A DNA stretch of 64,000 nucleotides, taken from positions 9,440,720 through 9,504,719 of the forward strand of contig NC_069010.1 in assembly GCF_001194135.2 (NCBI RefSeq). The letters are read 5' to 3'. Of the stretch, positions 51,217-64,000 are shown piece after piece. The notes beneath the pieces were generated by a model. The model saw only the letters and a program-made list of their open reading frames with translations. It did no database searches and had not been told where the DNA came from. Position 1 is the stretch's first letter; every line of letters starts with the position of its first letter. Origin of the DNA: Octopus bimaculoides. Lineage: Eukaryota. Made by a program: the position numbers and the translations under genes.

Positions 51217-54200
51217 ATATATAAATATATATATATATTCATATATCAATGTATACATCCAGATATATAAATACATATGTGTGTGTGTGTCTATATAACT
51301 TCATATTTTTGATATGAATACATTTCTAACCACATGGTTCCGGGATCAGTCCCACTGCTTGGCACCTTGGGCAAGTATCTTCTACTACAGCCTCGGGCTG
51401 ACCAAAGCCTTGTGAATGGATTTGGTAGACACAGTCATCATCATTTAATGTCTGAGTGTGGAACCAGCCCTTAGCCACTGTTGTTCTTAGGTCTTCTCTG
51501 ACTCAGAGTAGTAACACCTGTCAGGTTAGCAGCTGTGGGTTAATTAATGTGTTTTGGAAGCAGTTCAAATGCTCAAACCCTTGTTGTGTGTCCCCTGGGA
51601 AAGGAGAAGTTTCGCGGAATCAACGTCGACAGCAAATTAAAAAGTGGAGTTCCTCGAGTGGTCCAGTGCCCTATTTGACACCTGTCTGAGAACTCTAGGG
51701 TAGATGTAGCTCTCCAGCCCAGAAAGGCAATTCTTCTACAAGAAGACCACACCAGTTTAAAGCCTACAGCTTGCTGGTCACTGCAGCCGTCTTAGACCAC
51801 CAAGCCATTGTGGTCAGACCTTCAGATTTAAAGAGTCTGACAGGATTGTATTCATTGACTCTCACTTTANNNNNNNNNNAAAGAGTCTGACAGGATTGTA
51901 TTCATTGACTCTCACTTTAAAGCTACTAAACACAGGCAGGAACAAAAGCCCTGCAACATGAAGGACCATTTTTACATAGCTACATGAAGCCATGTTGCTC
52001 TTTCCTCATGGTCTTCAGATACGAAGGACCTGCCCTCATCATACCCCCCACCACACTGTTCTTTTACTGTAATATGTATGTATTTCTATCTCTATTGCTC
52101 CAGGCTATTGCAGACTACAATATGATACAAGATGGGGATCGAATATTGTTGTGCCTTTCTGGGGGTAAAGATTCCCTCTCCATGTTGCATATTCTTCATC
52201 AATATCAGTTCTATGCTAAAAGCAAGGTAAAATCCTATTTTATTATTATCATTGTTACTACCACTACTAGCACCAAAACCTCTTCCATCTTCTCTTACTC
52301 TTTAGAAATTCCCTCCCACATCTTTTCGCCATTTTAAAATTTTTTAGAAAAATATTTTTCTCCTTATTCATTTTTATTTTAGGGAACTCGCTTTGATATT
52401 GGTGCTGTGACAGTTGATCCCCAGACCCCTTCTTATAATCCCAGTCCTTTGAAGAAATATCTAAGCTGTTTGGGTGTCCCATATTTCTTTGAATCTCAAG
52501 GTTTGTATTACAAACATACTTGTATTTATGTTTTTTTTTAATGTTATTATTGTTGTTATTCCTTGAACCCTTTCGAGGGATGCTGTCCTGTACTTGGCTC
52601 TTAGAGTACAAGGCATACAAGTGAATACAAGCAACAGGGTGTTAACCCCTTTGGTTAAGGCGCAGGAGTGGCTGTGTGGTAAGTAGCTTGCTGACCAACC
52701 ACATGGTTCCGGGTTCATTCCCACTGCGTGGTACCTTGGGCAAGTGTCTTCTACTATAGCCTAGGGCCGAGCAATGCCTTGTGAGTGGATTTGGTAGACG
52801 GAAACTGAAAGAAGCTCGTCATATATAAATATATATATATATATAATGTGTATGGAGGTCAAACACGTCTGAAACCCATTTGGANNNNNNNNNNAACCCA
52901 TTTGGACGGATCGAAATGATTGTCCATTCTGTTGGCGCATTCCTTACTACAATATTTTGGTGATAAAAAGGCAGTCAGCTGGCAGAAAGGTTAGCACACC
53001 GGGCGAAATGCTTAGTGGTATTTCGTCTGTCTTTACGTTCTGAGTTCAAATTCCGCCGAGATGGACTTTGCCTTTCATCCTTCCGGGGTCGATAAATTAA
53101 GTACCAGTTCCGTACTGAGGTTGATGTAATCGACTGCTCTCCCCTACTCCAAAATTTCGGGCCTTGTGCTTCGAGAAGAAAACATTTTCGTGATAAAAAT
53201 AGCAGTTCTTACGAAGTTACTTCCCTTCAATTGTGTGTTACCAAAATTTCCTCCTTTGAATCCAGTTGGGATTTTCTTCTCTGGCGTTGAGAATCGTTTA
53301 CCTTTTGCTGGTTTTCAATCGTTAGACTGCGGCCATGCTGCTGCATCGTCTTGAAGAATTTTACTCCAATGTATCGACCCCAGTCACGGTGATGTAAACA
53401 CACCAACATTGATTCTCAAGCATTGGTGGGACACACACACATAGGCGCTCGTGCACACACACAGCAAGTTTCTTTCAGTTTCCATCTACCAAATCCACTC
53501 AAGGCATTGATTGGCCCATGGCTATAGTAGAAGACACTTGCCCAAGGTGCCATGCAGCGGGACTGAACCCAGAACCATGTGGTTGAGAAGGAAGCTGCTG
53601 ACCACACAGCCACGTCTGCGCCTACACAGTTAATGCATAATTAATTAAAAACAGTGTAAATTATTAAATAAGCATTAGACTCGAGAGAGTAACCTGCATA
53701 TTAAATGGTAAAATTCTTCAGATTTCTTTGCAAATATATATTTTCTTTGAGTAATTTTCTGTTAAAACCTAGCTTCAGCTTGTAAAGTGGCCAAAGTAGC
53801 CCCTCCCACCAAATAATTTGCCCCTTGGTTACATCTTTCCTCTTCCTCACTACAAAGAAATATTTAACCCATTAGCATTTAAACCGGCCATATCCAGCCG
53901 AAAGTATTCTGCTTGTTTTATGTTCAAACTGGCCAAATCTGGTCTCTCACACCAACCCTACAATATCGTTTTAAAAATTAACAGCTACCTCATCAAAATC
54001 TCATAGCTACGAGATAATGCATGATTAGTTCAAAACAATGTGGATGAAAAAGCATTAATTTTGGTAGAATAATGCAGACACTAAAGGGTTAAAGAAGTTT
54101 GTCTGACAGCCTCCTCAGTTGCTAAAATGGCGAAGGCGCTGCTCTGGACGATGGCAGGGGAGATACCATTCTTGTTTAGCATTAGGTCAGTCATGACCAA

Positions 54201-54648
54201 CCTGTGTTTTATTCAGACATAGTGTATCTTGGACTAAATTATCTAATGTGTCCTCCTTTGTTGTAATTTAGCCCCTGGTCATTCCTGATTTAGTAGACAC
54301 CTGTGAACAAAGTATTCCAGGTGTGACCATTCCATTTTTTATACAGATATAGTATACCGAGGACTTGTGACAAAAATTTGAAATAATAATAATAATGATT
54401 ATAATAATGATAATTATTATTAGTGTTAAGGCTATGAACTGGCAGATTTGTTAGCATTCTGGGTGAAATGCTTTGCGGTATTTTGTCTGTCTTTATGTTC
54501 TGAGTTCAAGTTCTGTCAAGGGTCAGCTTTGCCTTTCATGCTTTAAGGAGTTGATAAAGTCGAGTATAGGGGTCAATGTAATCAACTTAGTCCCTCCCCC
54601 AAAATTGTTTGCCTTGTACCAAAATTTGAAATTATTGATATTATTGTT

Positions 54649-54692
<44 letters not shown>

Positions 54693-56346
54693 TTACTTCC
54701 AGGTATAATGGACACAGCCTCCAACCTCCCGTACAAATGTGAGTCGATTTGCAGCTTCTGTAGTCGTATGAAGCGGGGACGTATCTATATGTGTGCCCGG
54801 CGAGAGGGCTACAATGTTGTGTCCCTGGGACAACACTTGGACGACCTCGCTGAAAGGTAAAGTTTCAAACTGACAGTCCTTCATTGTATTTCCCACCACC
54901 ATCCTCCTCCTCCTCATCATCATCATCGCTATTGCCCATGTTGTCATCATCAACATCATCACCATCATTACCACCACCACCACCACCACCATTATCTACA
55001 TCAACTGTTTTGCATTAGCCATATTACAGTGGTCCATGCATTATAAAGCCACACAACTTATATCTTCTATAGTTACACTGTATATTGCAAAATGTGACTC
55101 CTATCTATGTTTTCTACATTACAATCTCTGTATTTCAAAATGTGACCCCCACATATCTGTCTTTTCTAGTTACACTCTCTGTATTACAAAATGTGACCCC
55201 CATATATCTGTCTTCTACATTACAGTCTCTGCATTACAAAATACGACCCCCCCCCCACATATCTGTCTTTTCTAGTTACAGTCTCTGTATTACAAAATGT
55301 GACCCCCACATAACTATGTCCTCCACAAGTTAAATAATATTCTATGTTCTTTAAATCTTTCTCTCTTCTCTTTTACAGTTTCCTTATGTCTTTCTTCCAC
55401 AATGGAATCATGAGGACCATGAAGGCTCATTACACAGTTCAGTGAGTACAATACAATCTCCTGCCTTTGGTGTTTCTTTGTGTGTGTGTGTGTGTATAAA
55501 TATATGTATATTAATTTTTAAGTCAAGTAATATTTAAAAACAATTTTACACTAAACTGAAGAATTACTCAATACTTTTTGTAGAGTAAATATTTATACTT
55601 CTTCCAGAAGAGTGGTGATGATAGTGACTTCGCAGTTTCATCCTGCTAGCTTTTATCAGCTAACCGGCCGAAACTTTGAAGTTTCTGTGGACATTAAATG
55701 ATAGTGATGATGATAGTATAATTCTGGTCTTGCAGGGATAACGACCTCCGAGTTATTCGACCTTTGGTTTATGTCAGAGAAAAGAACTTACGAAGGTTTG
55801 CTGAAAAGGTAAAAACTAGAGAACATCCCTCTTTCAGTACATCTATTTGTCTGTTTGTCTATTTGTCTGTTTGTCTATTTGTCTGTTTGTCTATTTGTCT
55901 CTCCATTTATATATAGGTCAGACTATTTCTGTCTGTTTCTACAGCTGGATGCCCTTCCTAATTCCAGCCACTCTGAGAGTGTAGGGGCTGCTTTTTATGT
56001 GCCTCCAGCACACTGGTTGTCAAGTAGTGATGGGGGGGGGACAAACACAGACACATTCACTCCCTCTCCATACAAACACACCCTCACACCCCCTCTCATA
56101 CACACACACACCCTCACACCGACACACACAATGAACTGCTTCCAGGTTCCATCTGCCCTAAACCCACTCACAAGGCCCTTCATTGGTTTAGGGCTGTATT
56201 AAAGATGCTTGCCCAAGGTGCCACACGGTGGGATTGAACCTGAAACCATGCAAGCTTCTTACCACACAGCCATACCTGCCCCTATATTTACTTTACATAT
56301 GCTCTTTGCCAGCATCTCCAGTGACATCATGTGACCGACCATGTGA

Positions 56347-56384
<38 letters not shown>

Positions 56385-57327
56385 GAATCAACTTCCTGTC
56401 ATCAGTGAGAATTGTCCAGCCTGTTTCGAAGCACCAAAGGTAAGATGGTGGTCACAGAATTGAGGGTGGGAGGTGTTTTTTTTTCTTTTTAGCACAATGT
56501 ATCTAGGATTACATTATCCAATGTGTGTTGCTAGGTTTTACCAGGTTCATGGTGAAAAATTATAATAAATTATAATAAATTATAATAAATTAGGTTGGGG
56601 CTGCAGGTGTTATCTGTTATCTTGTTACTTGTTTCAGTCGTTAGACTGTGGCCATGCTGGGGTACAGCCTTCACGAATTTCAATCGAATGAATCAAGCCC
56701 AGGACTTATTTTTGGTTTTTAAACCTGGCACTATCAATCTCTTTAGCCAAACTGCTATGTTATGGGGATGTAAACACACCAACAGCGGTTTTCATGTGAT
56801 GGTGGGGGACAAACGCAGATACAAAGACACACACACGGTAGGGTTCTTTCAGAGCATATACACTCGAATCGTGTGGTCCATTCATGGCACTTGATTTATA
56901 ACTCAGAGATGTGAGTTCAAATCCTAGGTCTCAGTACATGTGTATTTTGCTTTTTATTTTTTGCTGTTATTTCTAAAAGGCCTTACCTCCATGTAGAGCA
57001 AGGATGGGTAACCTTCTTTAAGATGTGGGCCACAGGAGATGTGGTTCTTCAGGCCACACTATTGTAGAAGTTTCCCCTGTGTTGTTGCTGTCTCCTCTGT
57101 CGTATAGATAGTGTCGTGTTAATGTCTTGCGACTTTTATTGCAGGAACGTCACCGAATGAAACAACTGTTGGCAGCACAAGAACTCCTCTTCCCGAAGAT
57201 CTACAACAGCATGAGGTCTGCAATGACACCTATTATGGCTATCAACAAAACTGGCTTTAGTTCCAAGGAGCTGTTTGGAGTGATGCACAGACAGGAAAAT
57301 GGTGATGAAGAAGAAGACGATGATTGA
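37913..57327 (+). CDS. Fusion protein: class V aminotransferase (group II cysteine desulfurase-like) + long linker + TtcA-like tRNA 2-thiocytidine sulfurtransferase; ~1,290 aa, 25 coding exons
   Basis: GT-AG exons with consistent phases: 37913-38006, 38662-38692, 39681-39797, 40345-40462, 41082-41147, 41791-41856, 42203-42384, 43045-43121, 43955-44028, 44231-44388, 45161-45365, 46367-46428, 46911-46970, 47526-47637, 48112-48159, (gap)48741-48809, 49071-49115, 49665-51158, 52104-52226, 52383-52500, 54703-54856, 55379-55441, 55736-55808, 56386-56439, 57145-57327 (TGA). The visible CDS totals 3,846 nt. Confidence 0.88.
43358..43840 (-). mobile_element. Tc1/mariner-superfamily transposase fragment with one terminus, in intron 8 of the fusion gene
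   Basis: The - strand frame [39 protein letters not shown] has a DDE-type second Asp motif. The terminus is CAGGGTGCGACAGGTAAATTGTTACCATTT at 43840. Confidence 0.75.
46451..46726. mobile_element. hAT-type MITE (contains a small gap-associated duplication)
   Basis: TIRs CAGTGGTTCTCAA / GGTCGAGTACCATTG with an 8-bp TSD CTCTATAT/CTCTACAT. Related fragments lie at ~1920-2030 and ~6690-6775. Confidence 0.75.
51100..57327 (+). CDS. ttcA: C-terminal module of the fusion: TtcA-like PP-loop tRNA sulfurtransferase
   Basis: [25 protein letters not shown] (E. coli TtcA as I recall it: [25 protein letters not shown]), [28 protein letters not shown] and NCPAC. This gives a PP-loop plus two CxxC motifs. 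Confidence 0.85.
53868..54088 (+). mobile_element. Intact piggyBac-like MITE
   Basis: TTAA-CCCATTAG...CTAAAGGG-TTAA, 221 bp. Confidence 0.85.
55075..55310. repeat. Minisatellite, ~5 copies of ~45-48 bp
   Basis: TGTATTACAAAATGTGACCCC(C)ACATATCTGTCTTTTCTAGTTACA.TCTC repeated in intron 21. Confidence 0.85.
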
Positions 57328-59101
57328 GTACCATGGAGAGAGCAATTCAGCGGAAATCTACAGAAGCAGCACGAGATGTGTAATGAGATGTATCGAGGTT
57401 ATTAATCAGACTGGATTTAGTATGAGCGAATTACAGTATTTGTTGGCATAAGAGACTCATTGCTGTATAAAATGCACTGCAATTTCAGCAGAACAGTCAG
57501 GAAAAAAAGATTTTAGAGTAATAAAGCCTATGGGAGATGCGACTTTGCATATAGGACCTGGGGTAATTTTTTGGTAAAGTATGGTAATTAACCAGCAGCA
57601 TCGCTAGGGTTGATGGTGTGACACCTGGTGCTGTAATTCTTAAACTTTTGTACTGATTTTTCTTTCTATAAATCTCTCAGTCCTCTTAAGAACTAGAGAT
57701 TTTAGTGAAATGCAGTTTGTCCAATAAAAAAAGTATTGAACGAATGTGAATAAAATTTGGTCATACAATCTAATGACTGCACCATGTTACAGGATTTTTG
57801 TCCTTGGCTAGCAACTGTTATTTCCACATTTGCTGACCCCCTAGAAAGTATGAAAAAATGGTTAATATTTCCTTCAAACTTTGCTATTGTTACAATATTC
57901 ATTCAAACCTCAAAGAATCCCTTTCAACACATGGTTATGATGCTCCCCCTCTACTCCTCTTCATGATCAGAGATGCATATATCGTCAGCCACCAAGGGAC
58001 ATGCTCAACTGGTTATGGTCAAGTGACTGACAAGCAAATCTGTGGTATTGAGCAGAATAGTTGCTATAACGATATTTCTGCTTCAGCAACTCAGCATTGT
58101 ATCTGTGTGAAATGTAATGGGAAATAGGTCAGTTTGAAAACATTGATGTGCAGGGTGACAAAAGCAGAGTTTGAAGGAAATAAAAGTCATTTCCTTTGGT
58201 TACCAGATAAAAATCAAATAAGAAATAACACTTATTGACCAAAGACGAATAATAATAAAAATTTTATTACACTATGCTGGTGGTGTACATCGTGAATGTG
58301 GTTTTTTTCTTGTTGTTCTTTGCCTGTTGTCATGTCATTTTCACCTGTCCAGGTAGGTTGAATACAGATAAAGTGATTACACAGAAATGTTTTCACATAT
58401 TTTTACAGCATTGATTCCTGGGCCTCAGTTTCCTAATTAAATCGTTAATAAATTATTAATAAATAATGCCACTGACTTCTTAATCATTGCTTGAGATATT
58501 AATTTTATTCAGTAGTTTTTTTTTCGACTTCACTGGTGCCAGTGGTATGAGAAAAAAACACCCAATACCCTCTGTAAAGTGGCTGGCATTAGGATGGGCA
58601 TCCAACCATGGAAACTATGGTGAAGTAGACAATGGAGCATGATGCAGCTCACTGGATCTTGTCAAACCATCCAACCCATGCCAGCATGATGTGTGTGTAT
58701 ATATATGTGTGTGTCGTGTATCCGGTTTCACCAGTCCTCAGTCAAATCGTCCAACCCATGCTAGCATGGAAAGCGGACGTTAAACGATGATGATGATGAT
58801 GATGATATATATATAATCAAATTAAAACATAGGGTAAAAAATCATATATTAATTAATATCGATTTATTACCAGGAAGCTAGCACATTTAAAGAATCAGAG
58901 ATTCAGAAAAAATATCTGAGATCTTAGGGGATTAAAGTATATTTTTATATATAACGATGACCACTGAAGTGGACATTTAATGTGCTAGAAATGGACCACA
59001 TGTGTCTACTAAGACCTAAATTGTTCAGGTCTTAGTAGATGCATGTGGTCCATTTCTAGCACATTAAATGTCCACTTTAGTGGTCAACATTATATATAAA
59101 A

Positions 59102-59141
<40 letters not shown>

Positions 59142-59359
59142 TTGTCTCTCCATCACTGCTTGAAAACCTGCTGTTGTTGTGTTTACTTCCCCCATAGCTT
59201 AGTCGTTTAGCACAAAAAGACAGACGGAATAAGTACGAGGCTTTAAAAAAAAGTCCTGGTGTTGATTTGTGTGACTGAAACAAAAAAAAACATTCAAGGT
59301 GGTGCTCCAGCATGGCCGCAGTCAAATGACTGAAACAAATGAAAGAGTAAAAGGATATA

Positions 59360-59390
<31 letters not shown>

Positions 59391-61914
59391 TAGGCCTCAC
59401 GTAAGGGACAACAAGGGGACGCAAATTCTGGTGGTTTGCTGTGCCTGAGAAGACAACAAGCTAAGTAAATACGTGGACACCCTTGCATACAGGTATGTCT
59501 CCTGCATCCCTGTCCTAATCTTAAGGGCTCATGGTTGCCGGTACCCCATAAAAAGCATCCTTGCTGGTGCTGTGTAAAAGCACTCAGTACCCTCTGTAAA
59601 GTGGTTGGCCCTAGGATGGACATCCAGTCATAGAAACCATGCCAAGACAAACGCTTGGAACCGAGGCAGGTCTTCAGCTGGCCAGCTCCTGTCAAACCGT
59701 CCAACCCATGCCTGCTTGGAAAAACAGACGTTAGAAGATGATAATGATGTCCAGCCAGCCACCACGATCAACCGCTAGCCACTAGAGCATTTTTTATTCG
59801 CTGTTCATTGGTGTTCCTTTCTGTCGAAGAGCATAGTCCCAAAAGGTAAGAGACTTTCTCATTTTCTCGAGCGTTAGACTAATACATCTGTTTGTTGTTT
59901 ATACACCTGTCTTCGTCTTTTATTTATTATTTTTTTTGTAAATTCCAACTATATATATATACATATTGTAGCAAGTCAAAAAAGCCGGCAATATGGCGTA
60001 ATGGTCGTCTGCTCAAACAAGCATAATTGTTGATAATCCCATTGGTTTGTGTGATAAGTAGCTTGCTTACCAACCTCATGGTTCCAGGTTCAGTCCCACT
60101 GCGTGGCATCTTGGGCAAGTGTCTTCTACTATAGCCTCGGGCCGACAAAAGCCTTGTGAGTGGATTTGGCAGACGGAAACTGAAAGAAGCCCGTCGTATA
60201 TATGTATATATATATATATATATATATNNNNNNNNNNNNNNNNNNNNNNNNNNNNNNNNNNNNNNNNNNNNNNNNNNNNNNNNNNNNNNNNNNNNNNNNN
60301 NNNNNNNNNNNNNNNNNNNNNNNNNNNNNNNNNNNNNNNNNNNNNNNNNNNNNNNNNNNNNNNNNNNNNNNNNNNNNNNNNNNNNNNNNNNNNNNNNNNN
60401 NNNNNNNNNNNNNNNNNNNNNNNNNNNNNNNNNNNNNNNNNNNNNNNNNNNNNNNNNNNNNNNNNNNNNNNNNNNNNNNNNNNNNNNNNNNNNNNNNNNN
60501 NNNNNNNNNNNNNNNNNNNNNNNNNNNNNNNNNNNNNNNNNNNNNNNNNNNNNNNNNNNNNNNNNNNNNNNNNNNNNNNNNNNNNNNNNNNNNNNNNNNN
60601 NNNNNNNNNNNNNNNNNNNNNNNNNNNNNNNNNNNNNNNNNNNNNNNNNNNNNNNNNNNNNNNNNNNNNNNNNNNNNNNNNNNNNNNNNNNNNNNNNNNN
60701 NNNNNNNNNNNNNNNNNNNNNNNNNNNNNNNNNNNNNNNNNNNNNNNNNNNNNNNNNNNNNNNNNNNNNNNNNNNNNNNNNNNNNNNNNNNNNNNNNNNN
60801 NNNNNNNNNNNNNNNNNNNNNNNNNNNNNNNNNNNNNNNNNNNNNNNNNNNNNNNNNNNNNNNNNNNNNNNNNNNNNNNNNNNNNNNNNNNNNNNNNNNN
60901 NNNNNNNNNNNNNNNNNNNNNNNNNNNNNNNNNNNTCATTAATTACACCAGAAAAATTGTCAATTTTGCAAAAAAAAAATCAACAAAAAACAATCAAATC
61001 AATCAATCTCTCCACACGAAATCGAAGGGTACAAGTTACCCGCTTAAAATTTGGGCGCCAAAAAATTGATCGCTGAAGGACAAAACTGTCTTGCAACTGA
61101 GGTCTTATACATCCTTGGATCTCTACATCCAGTGATTTTAGTAGGTAAGTAAACGATATTGTTTTAATACGCTTTGACTTGTTTCACACAAACACTAACA
61201 TGGTTTTTGTTTTGTCCAGACATCGTTACCACNNNNNNNNNNTGTGTGTGTGTATATGTGTGTGTGTGTGCATGCGGATCTTGCAGGCACGGCGTGGATT
61301 CGATCCTCGATCGTCAAATTTCGGTTAATGTTTACAGCTTCACCCGGAAATGAAAATCCCCAAAATATACTGGTATGGGTGTAAAACAATGTGTAGGAAA
61401 CGAATATGAAACAAATAGGCGCAAAGCAACGGGAGAGGACTTCGGAAAATTCAAAAGATCCGAGCTTTTCCCTCATAACTTTTAGGAAAATGGTTTATTT
61501 TTTTCAATGAAATTTCATAGAAATACCATTCAAACGGCAAGCATTACGACTATTAAGAAATTTGTGGGGGGGGGGGAATCTTTTCCAAGAGGGTGTGGAG
61601 AGTACTTGGGAAAATTCACAAGATCCGAGCTTTTCCTTCGTAATTTTGAGGCAAATGGCGGTTTGTTTTCAATGAAATTTTATACAAATACCATTCAAAC
61701 GGCATACATGACGATTATAAAGAAATTTGGGTTAATGTTTACATCTTGACCCGGAAATGAAAACCCCCAAATATATACTGGACAAAAATATTTGATAATA
61801 AAGGTTGAAGAAATTATAAGAACTGCACTTTCTTCTAGCAAATTAAAATGATATTTCATAGCTAGAAAATATTAAAGGGTTTGAAGTGTTTTATTTTGAT
61901 GGAGGATGTATGCA

Positions 61915-62430
61915 AGATTCTATGACAGTTTGGCCTCCTGTTTGGACGGGAGATACCCTTATCTGGTTTGATCAATTAGAAGCAAGTTTTGAGCAAACAG
62001 AGGCACAAAAGTATAACATGATGTTAGGTAACTTAGCACCACCTCTGAGTGGTGGTATTTTATTTTATCTGATCGCTGTATTAAGCCATGATCGTTTGAT
62101 TTTCTGAACAATAATAAAAGGTCGAGAAACTTTTCAATCACAGATTAGACCCGACGAAATCTGTGGACAACTTCATAAAAAGTCTTAGTGAATACAAGAG
62201 CAACTTGTTCTATTTGGCCTTTTGAAAGAGAAACCCAAGCCTGCTTATTTGACTCTACAAGCGGTTTAATTAGTCTGACATCCTCCAAACATTTGGAGAA
62301 ATCACTTTAACTCTCGATTTGCATTTCAGGAGAGAATATAAGTGGATTTTCATGGTAGCAGATTTGCCTTATCCGATATTGGGGGAAGATTTTCTTTCCC
62401 ATTACAGTTTAATGGTAGATGTTACCTTCT
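61915..62430 (+). mobile_element. Degenerate Ty3/Gypsy-like LTR retrotransposon gag-protease remnant
   Basis: VWPPVWTGDTLIWFDQLEASF resembles the gag LPxFW..P..WF.Q.E.F motif. TFGEITLTLDLHFRREYKWIFMVADLPYPILGEDFL resembles the protease C-terminal ILG.DFL region. Stops and frameshifts lie between them. Confidence 0.7.
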
Positions 62431-63894
62431 TCTTGCCTTTAACCCTCCAACACGGAGTATAGGCCACTTATAATTGAATTCCATGTCGGATAATTTTTCT
62501 CTTCTGTACTTATTATCTGCCATGAATGTCCCCCTTTCTCTAGTTCCTTTTGTGTTGATCTATGTTACCAGTTCTTAGGCCTACCCCTCTTTCTATATCC
62601 ATACGGATTCCACTGTNNNNNNNNNNNNNNNNNNNNNNNNNNNNNNNNNNNNNNNNNNNNNNNNNNNNNNNNNNNNNNNNNNNNNNNNNNNNNNNNNNNN
62701 NNNNNNNNNNNNNNNNTTTCTACTACAGGAAAAAATGCCTGAAATTTTCGTAAAGGGTCCTTGTCAACTGCACTAATTCCTAGGACTTGACTAGGATTCA
62801 TTTTACTAACCCTGAAGGGATGAAGGGTAAAGTCGATCTTGGCAGGATTTGAACCGTAAAGAGATGGAAGAAATGCTGTTCTAAGAGTTTTGTCTGAAGG
62901 GTGATAAAATTCTTCCAGCTCACTCCCAAATAACAAATAAATTATAAAAAACAAACAAGGAGTATATTATTCTCAGTATTTTATTGACAACACAAATACA
63001 TTCTATAGGGATTTGCTTTCTATATAACTCAGAGTTTCAAAAATACTCAAAGAAACATGCTATATTTGGCCGTTTTGAAATACATTGAGCCACTGAATAA
63101 TCTCTCTGTGGTCGCTTGGCTTGCTAGAAATAACAGCCAAAATCGCTCTAGGCATAAGCCAGAAATAAGAAGAATGTATTGTAAATAGTTATTTTTAGAT
63201 TTATAATTTTTGAATAAAAGATAGGACAATCACGGACAGAAATACATTTGATCATTGATCAGCTGGATCAGGGCTGACCTAGGGCTAAACAATAAACAAA
63301 AACATCAATAGCACAGTATATTATATCGTTATCCAAATAACACGGGGCCTGTTTTGCATTTAAATTCAAGTATAAATATAATGTGTGTGTGTGTCTGCGG
63401 GCGTGTGTTTATCAACTTTTACAAAGGAAAGGGTGACAGTGACTTCGAAGTAACTGTCAGCTTTTGCCTTGTAAAAGTTGATAAACCTATATTCCACTGA
63501 AATGTATTTAGAAATCCTTCATTAATATATTGAATTGTTTATATGTCTGATTTCAGCTAAAGATAAGCATTAACACACACACACACACACACATAGATGT
63601 ATAAGTATATATTTATGTATATATATATATATATGTGTGTGTGTGTCTATATGTATACATACATGGAAAGATATCTCTTTTACTCTTTTACTCTTTTACT
63701 TGTTTCAGTCATTTGACTGCGGCCATGCTGGAGCACCGCCTTTTAGTCGAGCAAATCGACCCCCCCCCCAGGACTTATTCTTTGTAAGCCTAGTACTTAT
63801 TCTACCTACTCTTTTTGCCGAACCGCTAAGTTACGGGGACGTACGTAAACACACCAGCATNNNNNNNNNNGGACAAACACAGACACACAAACAT

Positions 63895-63925
<31 letters not shown>

Positions 63926-64000
63926 CATATATTCGACGGGCTTCTTTCAGTTTCCGTCTACCAAATCCACTCACAAGGCTTTGGTCGGCCCAAGGCTATA

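Noticed and set aside
37913-57327. Bacterial contamination as the source of the SufS-like and TtcA-like sequence
   Set aside because: There are 24 GT-AG introns filled with the same host SINEs and microsatellites found across the window.
59815-59860. Possible hammerhead remnant (GAAGAG...AAAAG)
   Set aside because: It lacks intact CTGAnGA and GAAAC boxes.
2172-61076. Long ORFs in the track that run through X stretches (e.g. 13446-14183, 22141-22791, 45021-46121, 60076-60939)
   Set aside because: They are open only because of N-runs and (TA)n/(CA)n microsatellites. Only 45161-45365 within one of them is a real exon.
3630-64000. tRNA-like A/B-box sequences
   Set aside because: They are SINE heads continuing into SINE bodies. 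No complete cloverleaf was seen.

Overview
Intron-rich animal genomic DNA from a gappy draft assembly. The repeat landscape and KRAB-less C2H2 cluster suggest an octopus or other coleoid cephalopod (inference). The window has four parts. (1) 1-11 kb: three tandem + strand poly-C2H2 zinc-finger genes, each with its visible CDS in one exon. (2) 11-28 kb: repeat-rich DNA with no recognisable host coding exon; it holds SINEs, MITEs, a mariner relic, an unexplained 5-unit array and two promoter-like CpG patches. (3) 28.5-33.5 kb: a complete 7-coding-exon ADCK1 gene on the - strand (506 aa). (4) 37.9-57.3 kb: a divergently transcribed 25-coding-exon + strand gene of about 1,290 aa, reconstructed by hand. 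It fuses a group II (SufS/CsdA-like) PLP cysteine desulfurase, through a ~500-aa low-complexity/Cys-rich linker, to a bacterial TtcA-type PP-loop [4Fe-4S] tRNA sulfurtransferase. This fusion is the main candidate system: a possible single-polypeptide sulfur relay for RNA thiolation in an animal. Its function is inferred from motifs only. All coordinates and alignments were read by eye.
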